A DNA stretch of 64,000 bases. Source: Macrostomum lignano (lineage: Eukaryota). Where the stretch lies: NCBI GenBank assembly GCA_002269645.1, contig NIVC01000095.1, forward strand, positions 186,001-250,000. The letters run 5' to 3'. The position numbers and the translations under genes are program-made. The notes beneath the pieces are model-generated. The model had not been told where the DNA came from. It saw nothing but the letters and a program-made list of their open reading frames with translations, and did no database searches. Positions 1-12,212 of this stretch are shown here, piece by piece. Positions within the stretch are counted from its first letter, which is position 1. Each line of letters opens with the position of its first letter.

Positions 1-339
1 CGCGGAGATGCAGAGAAGGCTATTAAAAAGTTATTCCGAAACACTGTATAAAATAAACCATACCTTGCGGCATTATATAAAAATTAGAAAATTGGCAATT
101 AACCATTAGAAGCTAAATAGAAGAAGTGTTATACTTTCTAGAATTCTTAGAAAGATAAGGATATTTGCTAATGCTATGTACATTGAGCCCTATCGCTTGA
201 CCCTTTGTCTGGGCTGGGGGAATGAGTGAGTGAGCGGCACAAACAACAGAAAAAGCAGACAAACTTCACATGCTTACAGTTTCTGTTCTGATTGAGTTAC
301 AGAGTTGAAACTTTACATTTAGATAGATAATGAGTCAAT

Positions 340-846
340 GAAGAATTGTGTCAAGTTTGAAGTCAATTGCTTTACGTGGAGCAAACTTATGGTAGCCAAA
401 AGTTAGTCATTTTAAAACCTATTTACCCTTTGCCCAGATCGGGAAAGAGAGGCAGGCGGGCAGAGGTTAGGCTGGCTGCCTTGCCAAAAAAACAGCCTAA
501 CTTTAAAAGTGCACAACGCCGTTCAGGATTAACTTTAAGACTTGAAATTTTACACGATTGTGTCAAAATAGTTGGAGATTGATTGTGTTAAATTTGAAGA
601 CGATAGGTAAAAGTGGAGCGGCGCTATGGAGGATTTAGTGAAAAAATCGCGCATTTTAAGCAGTTTTTTGCACTTTTAGGTGTGAAGACTCAAATTTAGG
701 AAATTTTAAGGTAGCCTAGACACTTTCTGTAGTGAATTTAGGGTGGGTGCAAAATTTGGTGTAGTTTGACTGAGCGGTTTGGGAGTCCAAAGCAATCAAA
801 ATTGTTCACACACAGACAGACAGTTTTGATTTTTATATGTAGAGAT
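340..846 (+). mobile_element. Possible non-autonomous Helitron/Helentron-like (HINE/DINE-type) fragment
   Basis: Ends ...aaatttggtgtagtttgactgagcggtttgggag...cacacacagacagacagttttgatttttatatgtagagat, resembling the 3' end of these elements. Related aagtttgaag/aaatttgaag motifs at ~354 and ~590. No coding remnant; left boundary uncertain. Confidence 0.3.
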
Positions 847-1976
847 ATAGGCTACATAGGAATAGGGGTTCAAGTGAGAAAAAATATTTTTGAATTCCAA
901 AATTTTAACCATGCCATGTTGTAGCCCTGTATGTTATGAGTGAAATGACACCAAACTTTTGGAAAATTGATCAAGTAATAAAAAAGTTATAAAGTTTTTT
1001 TTAGTACCCGGCCCGGAAGGAACCCAGAGAAACAGAGGAACACCGAGGTTGGCGAGAACACGGAGGCGAAGCAACAGCCTCCAACAAGACTCGAATGCTT
1101 GTATATTTGGTGACGAACACGGCATTTTATTTTTAAAAGAAGAAGAATAAAAAAAAATTTAGCGAGAGCGAGAACGCAGGAGCTCCTGAGAAAACGGGGC
1201 ATTAAAAACCCTCAGCAGGCGGAGGGGGGAGGGCCGCTGCACAAAGGAGGGTAGAGACACACAACGCACAACCCCCCCCCCACGCCAACCCCGCGCACGC
1301 ACAAAGGCCCAAACCAACCCCCCGGGGGTACTAAAGCTGGTCTGCTCAAAGGCACGCCTCAGAGCAAACCAAGGCAGTTTCAAAAAATGGTGTTTGTTCC
1401 CTATCTCAAATACACTAAAAACTGTGCCATTTTTGGGCAAAAAGCAAGTTTTTTGTAGTAAAATGTCTATAACTTTTTTTATTTCATAATAGATTTTAGT
1501 GTTTAAAATGTTATTTTATAGATTTTTAGATTCAGATATCTCTAGATATCTGGGGATTAGGACAAAAGAGATAAAGAAAAAAATTGCAGGAGTATTATTC
1601 TTTGGCTTTGTCATGGCATACTTTCCATTTACAATATCTTTATTACTTTCATATCAAAGTAGTACTTGTATACAATAATTAATAAGATTCTTGACTTCCT
1701 ACTATAAGAAGTATGCAAATGATTGACCATTATTTCCATGAAAATGTGTCTTCCAAAGTCCATTCTAGATGTCAAGGGTATCTTTAAATATATGTAGCTC
1801 ATGTCAATCTTAACCTATTAAAAAATATGATATGACAAGAGTTGCCAAAATTTTTTTGCAAACAACTCTTTAACTCTTGATGAAAATGTCATCCAAGAAT
1901 TGTTATACTGATGCTTAACTGATGATTTTTATTATGGCCAGAAGTCTATGAGATAGGGGCCTATATTATAAAAAAA

Positions 1977-2362
1977 TAATTAAAAGCAAAATACCCTGTC
2001 CATAGTCTAAACTTGGAAATCTAGAAATTTTCTATAATTGTACCTATATGGCATATAGGGAGTCTAATGATTTTATTCTGGTCTAGATAGCCTTAGTATA
2101 TATATATTAGGCCTAGCAGATATATTTATAATTTAAAAAATTAAAAAATTAAAAATTAAAAAAATCGGCTAATATTTATATTAGTAGATATATTTATATA
2201 TTAATATATATAATATAATATAATTTAATATTTATATATATACTAAGGCTATCTAGACCAGAATAAAATCATTAGACTCCCTATATGCCATATAGGTACA
2301 ATTATAGAAAATTTCTAGATTTCCAAGTTTAGACTAAGGACAGGGTATTTTGCTTTTAATTA
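1977..2362. mobile_element. Foldback/MITE-like palindrome with ~130-bp arms
   Basis: 1977-2106 (taattaaaagcaaaataccctgtcc...gccttagtatatata) is the near-perfect reverse complement of 2234-2362, around an AT-rich spacer of ~125 bp. Confidence 0.75.
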
Positions 2363-2539
2363 TATTTTTAATTATTTTATATATATAGAATATGATATAT
2401 ATATATTCATATCTTGTTGTTTGTCCAGTGCTGAAAAGAACTATTTAACCGCATTACATGTTGGAACAATCACAATGGTTGGAATATTCCCAGTCAGACA
2501 AAGTTTAAAAGGTGAAAAATCACTGCAATTAAATCACTA

Positions 2540-2654
2540 GGCTATCCTGTAGTTTCGCATGTTAAATTATTACCCCCACCCCCCACCACCCTTGAATAGA
2601 GGGCGAAATAATTCCGTAAAATAATTTAACGTGCGAAACTACTACAGGATAGCC
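2540..2654. mobile_element. 115-bp MITE with ~33-bp TIRs and 8-bp TSD
   Basis: Left TIR ggctatcctgtagtttcgcatgttaaattatt; right TIR aataatttaacgtgcgaaactactacaggatagcc. The direct repeat aatcacta flanks both ends (2532-2539 and 2655-2662). Confidence 0.85.
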
Positions 2655-4262
2655 AATCACTATTATCAGTAATTAGACTCCTGCATACAGTCAAAGAATT
2701 GCCTTTTTTGTTTTTACAGTTATGCTACGATTCCTATGTTAGATATTTTGTAGATGCCGAAAAATTAGGGGCTATTATATGACTTTTGGCATAGTACTAG
2801 TAATAGTAATAGTAGTACTAGCTAGTGGGCCTAATTACTACTACATTTTGTATATAGAATATCATATAAGCTTTTATTCTTCAATATAGTCTTGCGTATC
2901 CTTACTTAGGGAGACACGTACAATATTTATTCAAACATTATTACTCTGGTCAGGCTCAAAGCATCTTGCCTTACGGTTAAAGGCCGCAATAACGCAATTC
3001 AAGCAGGTCTTCATTTAAAAAAGTGCGGCAAGGATTGACTGAGATTACACGTTAAGAGATTAAAACAAAAGCATCACTTAAGAAACGTTCTGAGGGTATT
3101 TATTCTCATTGGTATTAACTATTCAAAAAAGCTCAGTACAAAAAATACCATACAGAAGACTGATTGTGTTCGAAAAAAGGCAAAACATATCGAAAGATAA
3201 ACATGTGCCGTGGGTCTGCCTCCTATCGAAAATCGAAAACAATAACAATTTTTGTGCTGAAAAGAAAACTTCCATAGTGTATCCGTGTCTCCGTAGTGTA
3301 TTTTTTCGGAAAAACCCTGCTTCCTAAAATTTTCCAAGAAACGTAGTTTCCAGTCTTACTTGAGTATAGTCCTTGATGCAACTGGGCGAGGGATAGAAAT
3401 TGAATTAACATCATTAATTTTGAGAATTTGGTTTGCGCGAAGAATGCACTGTAAGATTTCTGGACATGCAAACTTTACCAGTCTTTCGACCATCTTTTTA
3501 TTGAACTAGTACAGTGATCGTTTCTATATTGAAATCTGCAGTATATCTCAGCGTTCAACGCTGTTTAGGCCACGCGGCCTGCACAAATGATCGACTCTCG
3601 TGTTGGTCGCGCATTAAAAGTGCGGCACAGGCCCGCTGCGTGGCAGCTTTGATACGTACGTGCGATCGAACCGCATCACTGCTACCCCCTTGCCCTATAG
3701 AAGGCGAGGACAGTAAATAGAACGCAAGCGAAGACCAGCTTTCATGAATTCTCTCTCTCTTTGAAAAGTTAAATATAAGCTCGTACTCGACTCGCGCATC
3801 AGTTTGATATGAGACTCCATGCACCGACCTTTCCACTACTGGCCTGGCTTGGCAGTAGGCTTGGCAGTAGGCTTGGCAGTGGGCAGTAGGCTACCAAAAA
3901 AATTACCCCCAGGCATTTAAAACCGGTTTTTGTGTTCCATTCTTTGTTGTTGTAGAGACAGAAGTAGTGGATAAACTACACATCCTTTATACTAAATATA
4001 CCACCGCCAGCGGCGGCGACAGCAGCAGAGGTGATGGAAGGTGGCGATCAGGCAGCAATTGAATTATTCTCACAGGAATAGTACTAACTGAAACTATTCG
4101 CGCTTTTACTGTAGTACATGTTACAAATGACAGCAACAAAAAAAAACGCTGTTATAGTTCACAAATACATCAGAGTCCACAGGGTGCCGCCTCGACCTCG
4201 GAGCCGCGACATCAGCCTGCACCTGTCCTCGCCGGTAGGGCAGCTGAGGACACTGATGAGAT

Positions 4263-5354
4263 GGCTTCCAGTTAATTCGGCGACAAGCTAATTCGGCGAA
4301 AAACAATTCGGCGACAAGTCAGTTCGGCGACAGCCAATTCGGCGAATGCTACGAAAGCTACGAAACTAGAAAACGAAATTTAACATATTGCCATTCGTCC
4401 TTGCCATTTAAATAAAGGTTTGTTTTAACCATTTTAACGCATTAATTATTTCTTCTTGCACTGCAGTAGAGACACGGGCAGCAGCAGCATCAGCTGAGCA
4501 GTGTAGCTCAGCAGACTTTTCTGGGACTGTGACACGGGCTGCTTTTTTTCTACCTCTTTTTGCTGCCTGTATTCGTTGATTGCATTGCTTGCACTCTTGC
4601 ACTTCCAGTCGAATGAATCAACAGACTTGAGACGAGTATAGAGTCTTTTAGAGATGCCTGCACACAGAATAGAACTGACACTCGTATCACTGTACATGTA
4701 CATTGTATACCATACGTTAACTGTATTTCATGTATTCTACCAGCACCAAATTACTTTGGTATTTCAGTGGTACATGTACAAATACTTACCGGAATTACAT
4801 TCTATTTGCCACTTGTGACATACATCACAGTCAATGGCGGCAGCGTCATTGGTGACAGTCTTCTTGCATACAATGCAGTGGTCCATACTGTCCATTTGTT
4901 ACAATTATTGCAAATTCAATTTCTACTCTACCCATTCTGAGTTGTCGCGCATTGACGAGCTAATTTGCATCACCACATAATAGACAAAAAATCAATCGAT
5001 TGAATCCAAATGATGTACATGCTAAGACGGGCAAAGACCGCACACTCAAAATACGTAGCTCATTTTTTACTTTCGATCTTCGCTTTGTATATTTTAAAAG
5101 CTAACTTAACTTTGTGTTCCCTTTATTCATTATACTTTGTATACAGCAGTCGTGTGATTTGATAGCTCATTTGATAGCGATTGTGAATGAGCTTTTGAGT
5201 GGAACGCAGTTCATTGTGCATGTAATGTACATGCGATACGATGTTGATTTTGAAATCCGAGTAAACATGCAAACTCAAACTCAACGCAATGGATGACAAA
5301 ATGACACCGAACTGACTGTCGCCGAATTGGCTGTCGCCGAATTAACTGGTTCCC
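4263..5354. mobile_element. 1.09-kb non-autonomous DNA transposon (Mutator- or hAT-like) with TIRs, subterminal repeats and TSD
   Basis: Left end ggcttccagttaattcggcgaca with several aattcggcga/agttcggcga subrepeats; right end tgtcgccgaattggctgtcgccgaattaactggttccc. Flanking duplication gatgagat at 4255-4262 and 5355-5362 (8-9 bp depending on terminus choice). No transposase ORF inside. Confidence 0.85.
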
Positions 5355-6083
5355 GATGAGATGGCTCATTTATATAACTCTGGGTGAATTAAATTGTAAT
5401 ATAATGTTCATGTACGCTCGGACATGTATTTCCTGTATAAAGATCATTTCGTAATTTCAAGATGAAGAGTTAAAGTGCAGTTCCCCCTGTCGTCACAGAG
5501 ACATGCGATTTAGTCAAAATTCTGCATGCAGCTTTTAGGTTGAACAACAGGGGGTCGACAAACTCCGGCTAGCGAAGCCTCTCTATCCGGCCGTTGGGTC
5601 CTTGGGAACTTCACAACAGCAGTACGGTTCGGTTCGTAAGGTTCGTCTTCTTTTATCTCCTCTCCCCTCTCATCTTATTTATTCTCTCTCTCCATCTATT
5701 CTCCACTCTTGCCTCTAGCTAGATTCTCCCTTCTTTCCCTGCTCCTCACCTGTTTTGAATAAAAAGAATTCCCAAGCAAGGAGAATAACCAGCTATTAGG
5801 TTAATGAAGTTGGCCAGGAGAGTCCAGCTTTATTTGCAATAGTTTTGTCATTTGAAAGCGGAAGATATTTTTACATTGCTCATTGCTACGTGGGCAGAGA
5901 AATTTAAATGAAGATTTTGGCAGAATTGCATTTGCTCATCTGGTTGAATTGCCTTATTTGCGAAACGATTTAAACAAATAAATTGTTCCTATATGCAAAC
6001 TTAATTCCCCGCTTTGTTTCTCTGCTAGCGACTTTTTAACGACAACGGCTAATAAAACCGTCACTTGTTATTTTTTAGCGTTA

Positions 6084-9000
6084 TCATTCGCTAGCAATCT
6101 TTTCATTGGCCACCTCGAGCGTTGGCTGCGCAATCCTGTTTACTGTCTCCATTCCGACTTCGTTAGTAAATTCATTTGCAGTTTCGTTGGTAGCCTCATT
6201 CGTAGCCTTATTGGTAGTTTGATTGGTAGCTTGATTCGTAGCTTCGTTGGTAGTTTCGTTTGTAGCTTCGTTGGTACCTTCATTTGTAGTTTGGTTGGTA
6301 GCTTGGTTGGTACCTTCATTTGTAGTTTGGTTGGTAGCTTCGTTGGTAGCTTGGTTGGTAGCTTCATTGGTACCTTCGTTTGTAGATTGGTTGGTAGCTT
6401 CGTTGGTACCTTCGTTTGTAGATTGGTTGGTAGCTTCGTTGGTACCTTTGTTTGTAGATTGGTTGGTAGCTTCGTTGGTACCTTCATTTGTAGCTTGGTT
6501 AGTAGCATCGTTGATACCTTCATTTGTAGCTTGGTTGGTAGCTTCGTTGGTACCTTCATTTGTAGTTTGGTTGGTAGCTTCGTTGGTAGCTTGGTTGGTA
6601 GCTTCATTGGTACCTTCGTTTGTAGCTTGGTTGGTAGCTTGGTTGGTACCTTCATTTGTAGTTTGGTTGGTAGCTTCGTTGGTAGCTTGGTTTGTAGTTT
6701 GGTTGGTAGCTTCGTTGGTACCTTCATTTGTAGTTTGGTTGGTAGCTTCGTTAGTAGCTTGGTTGGTAGCTTCGTTTGTAGCTTGGTTGGTAGCTTGGTT
6801 GGTACCTTCATTTGTAGTTTGGTTGGTAGCTTCGTTGGTAGCTTGGTTTGTAGCTTCATTGGTAGTTTCGTTTGTAGCTTGGTTGGTAGATTCGTTACTA
6901 CCTTCATTTGTAGCTTGGTTGATAGCTTCATTGGCAGTCTCACCAGCAGCCACAGCCCCCACCTCTCCTACATCTGCAGCTGGCTCAGAACCAGGGTTCG
7001 CTCCTTCATCCAGACCGGCAGCGGAGTTGGTCTCATAAAGCGCTCCGTTGTGAACGAAAAAGTCGTCAATAATCTGTCGACTCATCTGAGCCAAATCGTT
7101 GTCGGCCAAATTCTGCACCAATTCGATCTTTTTTAATCCGCCGCAGTGTTCGATTTGTTTGCGCAACGATTCGAAACTTTGACCGCTGTCTTCGGATTTG
7201 CGTCTGGCAGCGCTGATTAGAAGTTCGCGAACGCTTAGCAGCACGCAGTGGGTGAGCTCGGTGTCCGACAGGGTCAGCGTCTCCAGGAAGCCTTCCAGAC
7301 AGTTTTCGACGACGAGATTTTTCTGTGAAAGACAACGGAGTGTGAGTAGGTGAGACGTGCGATTAGTGAATAGGTGCGATGAGTGATTGGTGGATAGGTG
7401 CGACGTGTGATTGGTGGATAGGTGCGATGAGTGATTGGTGGATAGGTGCGATGAGTGATTGGTGGATAGGTGCGATGTGTGATTGGTGGATAGGTGCGAT
7501 GTGTGATTGGTGGATAGGTGCGATGAGTGATTGGTGGATAGGTGCGATGAGTGATTGGTGGATAGGTGCGACTTTGAGTCGTAAATAGGTGCCATTTCCT
7601 GGATTCCTGGATAGGTGTCACGTGATTCGTGTACAATTGAGTGGAAGCCGCAGGATGCGGGATTATGCAATTTATAAAATATTTTAGTTGCAAAATAAAT
7701 AATAATTTAAATCGGCTAGTTTAAACATGTTCGTTTAACCTTGCAAATAGCTTACAAACTTGTTGCCCCTAGTGATCACAAAGTTCGGTACAATCCAGAA
7801 GGCTTCGCGTTTCTCGCGCTCGTCAGCTTCTAATAGAATTTGGCCAACGCGAGGCAGGAAACCAGCATCGGCGATCTGGTCCAGGAAGGTGTCCGGTCCG
7901 TCCGACGCGATGCTGGTGAAGAACAGCACCTGCAGGCGAACTTTGGCGTCCGAATGGTCAAGCAGAGGTCGCATCTTGGCTAGCAGATTGTCTGCCAGCA
8001 CGCAGTTTGGCAGCAGAGTCATGGACGAGGCGAAATTGCCAAACACTCGCAAAGCAGGTATTAACTCGTTGTCGTCTCCGCTTGTTAAACAGCGTCGCAA
8101 ATGATGAAGCACATCTTCCCTGAGTAGGAGGCTGGCTCTTGGCTCGCTATCTTCGATGAGGTAGGACATTGCCCAAAGTAGGTGAGGAACGAGAGACCTG
8201 AGAGTTGAGGTGGGCATTTGAGCTTTTGAAATGCACGGAGACTTTTTGATAGACAGATCTTCTGAAAGTCAATCGAAGTTTTACTGCCTGGCTTTCAAAG
8301 TGTAACTGTCATTCGTATTCGACCATTTAGAAAGAAAGCCAGGCCTATTATTAAGATTTGCATTCGTGACGACATGTGCGTATTGATGGCACTAAGGTAT
8401 CCGTGGTATGTTGGCTGTTGGCTTTGTGTGTTAGTTCTCCATCTGAAATAAGACGAACCTCCGAATACCGAAAAGACAATGGCACCCACCCAACAAGAGA
8501 CAGAGACTCCATTACAACAAGAGACAGGGATTCTACCACAACAAGAGACAGGGATTCTACCACAACAAGAGACGGGGACTCCATTACAACAAGAGACAGG
8601 GATTCTACCACAACAAGAGACGGGGACTCCAACACAACAAAAGACAGGGATTCTACCACAACAAGAGACGGGGACTCCAACACAACAAAAGACAGGGATT
8701 CTACCACAACAAGAGACGGGGACTCCAACACAACAAAAGACAGAGAACCCAATACAACAAGAGAACGGGACTCCAACACAACAAGAGACAGGGGCGCCAC
8801 CACAACAAGAGACAGGGGCGCCACCACAACAAAAGACAGGGACTCCAACACAACAAGAGATAGGGACTCCAACACAACAAGAGACAGGGGCGCCACCACA
8901 ACAAGAGACAGGGACTCCAGCACAACAAAAGACAGGGATTCTACCACAACAAGAGACAGGGACTCCAACACAACAAAAGACAGAGAACCAAATACAACAG

Positions 9001-11148
9001 GAGAACGGGACTCCACCACAACAAGAGACAGAGAACCAAATACAACAGGAGAACGGGACTCCACCACAACAAGAGACAGGGGCGCCGCCACAACAAGAGA
9101 CAGGGGCGCCACCACAACAAAAGACAGGGACTCCAACACAACAAGAGATAGGGACTCCAACACAACAAGAGACAGGGGCGCCACCACAACAAGAGACAGG
9201 GACTCCAGCACAACAAGAGACAGGGACTCCAACACAACAAAAGACAGGGATTCTACCACAACAAGAGACAGGGACTCCACCACAACAAAAGACAGGGATT
9301 CTACCACAACAAGAGACGGGGACTCCATTACAACAAGAGACAGGGATTCTACCACAACAAGAGACGGGAACTCCATTACAACAAAAGACAGGGATTCTAC
9401 CACAACAAGAGACAGGGACTCCACCACAACAAAAGACAGGGATTCTACCACAACAAGAGACAGGGACTCCAACACAACAAAAGACAGAGAACCCAATACA
9501 ACAAGAGAACGGGACTCCAACACAACAAGAGACAGGGACTCCAACACAACAAGAGACAGGGGCGCCACCACAACAAGAGACAGTGGCGCCACCACAACAA
9601 GAGACAGGGGCGCCACCACAACAAGAGACAGTGGCGCCACCACAACAAGAGACAGGGACTCCAACACACAACAAGAGACAGGGACTCCAACACAACAAGA
9701 GACAGGGACTCCAACACAACAAGAGACAGGGGCGCCACCACAACAAAAGACAGGGACTCCAACACAACAAGAGACAGGGACTCCAACACAACAAGAGACA
9801 GGGACACCCAACATTAAGAGACAGGGACACCCAACATTAAGAGACAGGGACACCCAACATTAAGAGACAGGGACACCCAACATTAAGAGACAGGGACACC
9901 CAACATTAAGAGACAGGGACACCCAACATTAAGAGACAGGGACACCCAACATTAAGAGACAGGGACACCCAACATTAAGAGACAGGGACACCCAAAATTA
10001 AGAGACAGGGACACCCAACATTAAGAGACAGGGACACCCAACATTAAGAGACGGGGACACCCAACATTAAGAGACAGGGACACCCAACATTAAGAGACAG
10101 GGACACCTATACACACCAAAAGACATGGACGCCTACACACCAAAAGACAGGGACGCCTACACACCAAAAGACAGGGACGCCTACACACCAAAAGACAGGG
10201 ACGCCTACTCATCAAGAGACAGGGACACCCAATATTAAGAGACAGGGACACCCAACATTAAGAGACAGGGACACCCAACATTAAGAGACAGAGACACCCA
10301 ACATTAAGAGACAGGGACACTCAACATTAAGAGACAGGGACACCCAAGATTAAGAGACAGGATGACCCACACACACCAAGAGACGGCTGGCCCCTCCAAA
10401 CACGCACCTATTGTTGGCTCCCTGAGGGTTTCGGCCTGCAACTACCAGCGTACACCACTGATCTCAGCTTACCTATGCGGATGATCCATCAGCTGCATCA
10501 GGTAGGGCACCAAAGTCTTGGCCACTTCAAAGCTGACTCGCGGCTCGTGATCGCGGAACAGATTCACTAGCAGCAGCGAAGTGGCATCCAACACGCCGGA
10601 CGATGGTCGAGAGTCCAGCAGCGAGGTCAGCGCTGGCAGGAGGCCGCAGACCAAAGTTTGGTCGCGCCATTCGGCACATTCGCCGACAATGTTGGCAAGA
10701 GCCCAGCAAGCTTGTTCACGAGTTCGATCGGCTGAAGCGCCAGCGTCCAGCAGCTTCACCAACGGCTGGCAGAGACCTCCTCGGGCTAGCAGGTCGAACT
10801 TCTCCTGTCGGCCAGACAGCAGATTGGTCAGCACCCAGGCGCATTCGTACTGCATGTCCGGTAGCTGACTATTGCCCAGGCCTTCAAGAATCGCATCGAA
10901 AGCGGGGCTGCGCAACAGTCTGGCATAGGAGCTTTCGCGATCGTCGCAGACACGTCGGCGCAGATTTTGTATGCCAAAAAATCGCGTCGGCGGATCGTTG
11001 CTGACTATTTGCGCGATTAACTCGTCGAGATCTTCGGCCTCGGGTGCTGGAGACTCTCCGACATTGGCTGCGGTTGGAGCCGAGGGGACAGCTGCATTCG
11101 CATTAGTCGATCAGTAGTGCTACCGGGAGTGCTCACTTCTTCAGACAT
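6084..11148 (-). CDS. Divergent importin-alpha (karyopherin alpha)-like ARM-repeat protein, no IBB domain, long C-terminal T/N/E/Q/A repeat tail
   Basis: Exons 11148-10473, 8197-7756 and 7322-6084 with GT-AG junctions in consistent phase (..HPH ag|g SLVPHLLWAMSY..; ..RGNKF|KNLVVEN..). Importin-alpha-type ARM motifs: QYECAWVLTN, REQACWALANIVGE, LWAMSYL, PALRVFGN, KREAFWIVPN, GGLKKIELVQN..RQIIDDFF. One base is missing near 11110; ~785 aa if restored. Confidence 0.85.
6150..6945 (-). repeat. Coding 12-bp tandem repeat encoding TNQA/TNEA/TNEG units
   Basis: Roughly 60-65 in-frame units (accaaccaagct, accaacgaagct, acaaatgaaggt) in the last exon of the importin-like gene. The frame stays open into a unique C-terminus (..EVANEKIASE*). 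Confidence 0.9.
7370..7572. repeat. 24-bp minisatellite in importin-like intron 2
   Basis: About 8 copies of gataggtgcgatg(a/t)gtgattggtg. Confidence 0.9.
8487..10378. repeat. Compound minisatellite in importin-like intron 1 (21-bp units, then 23-bp units)
   Basis: acaacaagagacagggactcc variants to ~9790, then acacccaacattaagagacaggg. Explains the long overlapping ORFs on both strands. Confidence 0.95.
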
Positions 11149-12212
11149 TGTGTCGAACTTTGAATTGCTTTGGTTAGCTAAAGTGCAATTGATGATTTCG
11201 AAGTTTTCGATTGAAATTTCGGCGTTGCTCGAGGCTTGTTTTCGCTCGGCTTGATGTGATGTGGTACTGTACGGCTTAGCTGAGGGACACAGACTTCGAT
11301 TTTCAATCGAAATTACCTAAGCCAGCGGCCATAGACGGTTTGCACAGGAGACTGTTACTATTTTTAGAGCATTTGTTAGTCCTGTGGATCTTCGCAGACA
11401 GAGAGTCGCTCTGAGAGAGAGAGAGGCTTTTGAACTTGAGGAATGCCAGTATATAAAACAACAACTTCAAATACTACTATCAAAAAGAGACAGTCTAGTT
11501 TCAAAAGGCTGTAGCTGGGAATACGCCAAAAACATGAGGATCCCTCCTTTCAGACTGTTGACCCTATGGTCAAAGCAGAACATTTTGTCTGTGACAAATT
11601 TGAGCGTAAAGCAACGCTTTGTAGTTTACGAAAAACCACGAAGTTTGTGTTGTTGTAGTATGTCACATGACTTCATGCTCGTTATTTTTTGGAGAATAAA
11701 TCTGACGTTTCATCGCAAAGTGTTGCTTTACAAGCTTAAAATGCAAGTTAGAAATGTCAAGAAGTCTCAAGAATGTCTCCGCAGCTGGGAGTCTGGGAGT
11801 GGAGTTCAAGAATACCCTTGACAACTCAAGGGTTGTTACGTCACAATTGAAGTCACGGTTTTACTGACATCCTAATTCTGTGCAACTGCCTGAGCGACTG
11901 TCATTCAAATTTACTATGCATGCGAAGTGTCAATAAAAGTCATAAAGAGTTATAAGAAAACTCAAGATACCATTTGATTGCATAGGTCATCTAGCAAACA
12001 AATTCTGCCTGTTAAACATATAGACAAGCCGTACAGTCTCTGCTCCGCCCTGCTCACACGAACGCTTTCAACTCAGCCAACGCCGCTGCTCCGACCGCGG
12101 AAACACGTGCCAATCCGATGCGCATAAATTCGCATCTGCCAACTGCTCAAGATAACAAGCTCCAGACTCGACTTAGCTCAAACACTCGAATATCAATCCT
12201 ACTCAAGCAATT

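Noticed and set aside
934-1440. Short ORFs and a C-rich tract resembling the region upstream of the DIRS-like ORF1
   Set aside because: Similarity is only compositional; no alignable sequence or protein motif.
2890-3340. Faint resemblance to a decayed LINE RT C-terminus (HYYSGQAQSILPYG, KSAARID)
   Set aside because: Too short and too broken by stops to support by eye.
4150-5400. Removing the transposon restores a short minus-strand ORF (MSHLISVLSCPTGEDRCRLMSRLRGRGGTLWTLMYL*)
   Set aside because: Only 36 codons, no recognisable motif; expected by chance.
5540-5835. GC-rich segment, pyrimidine tract and aataaa resembling a retroelement terminus
   Set aside because: No second copy, TSD or coding remnant in the window; cannot be classified.
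8295-9863. Four 450-510-aa overlapping ORFs, one with a signal-peptide-like start (8376, MRIDGTKVSVVCWLLALCVSS) suggesting a nested mucin
   Set aside because: They lie in an intronic 21-bp minisatellite that is stop-free in several frames on both strands. The signal-like ORF starts at GTG, and the nearby ATG frame closes quickly.
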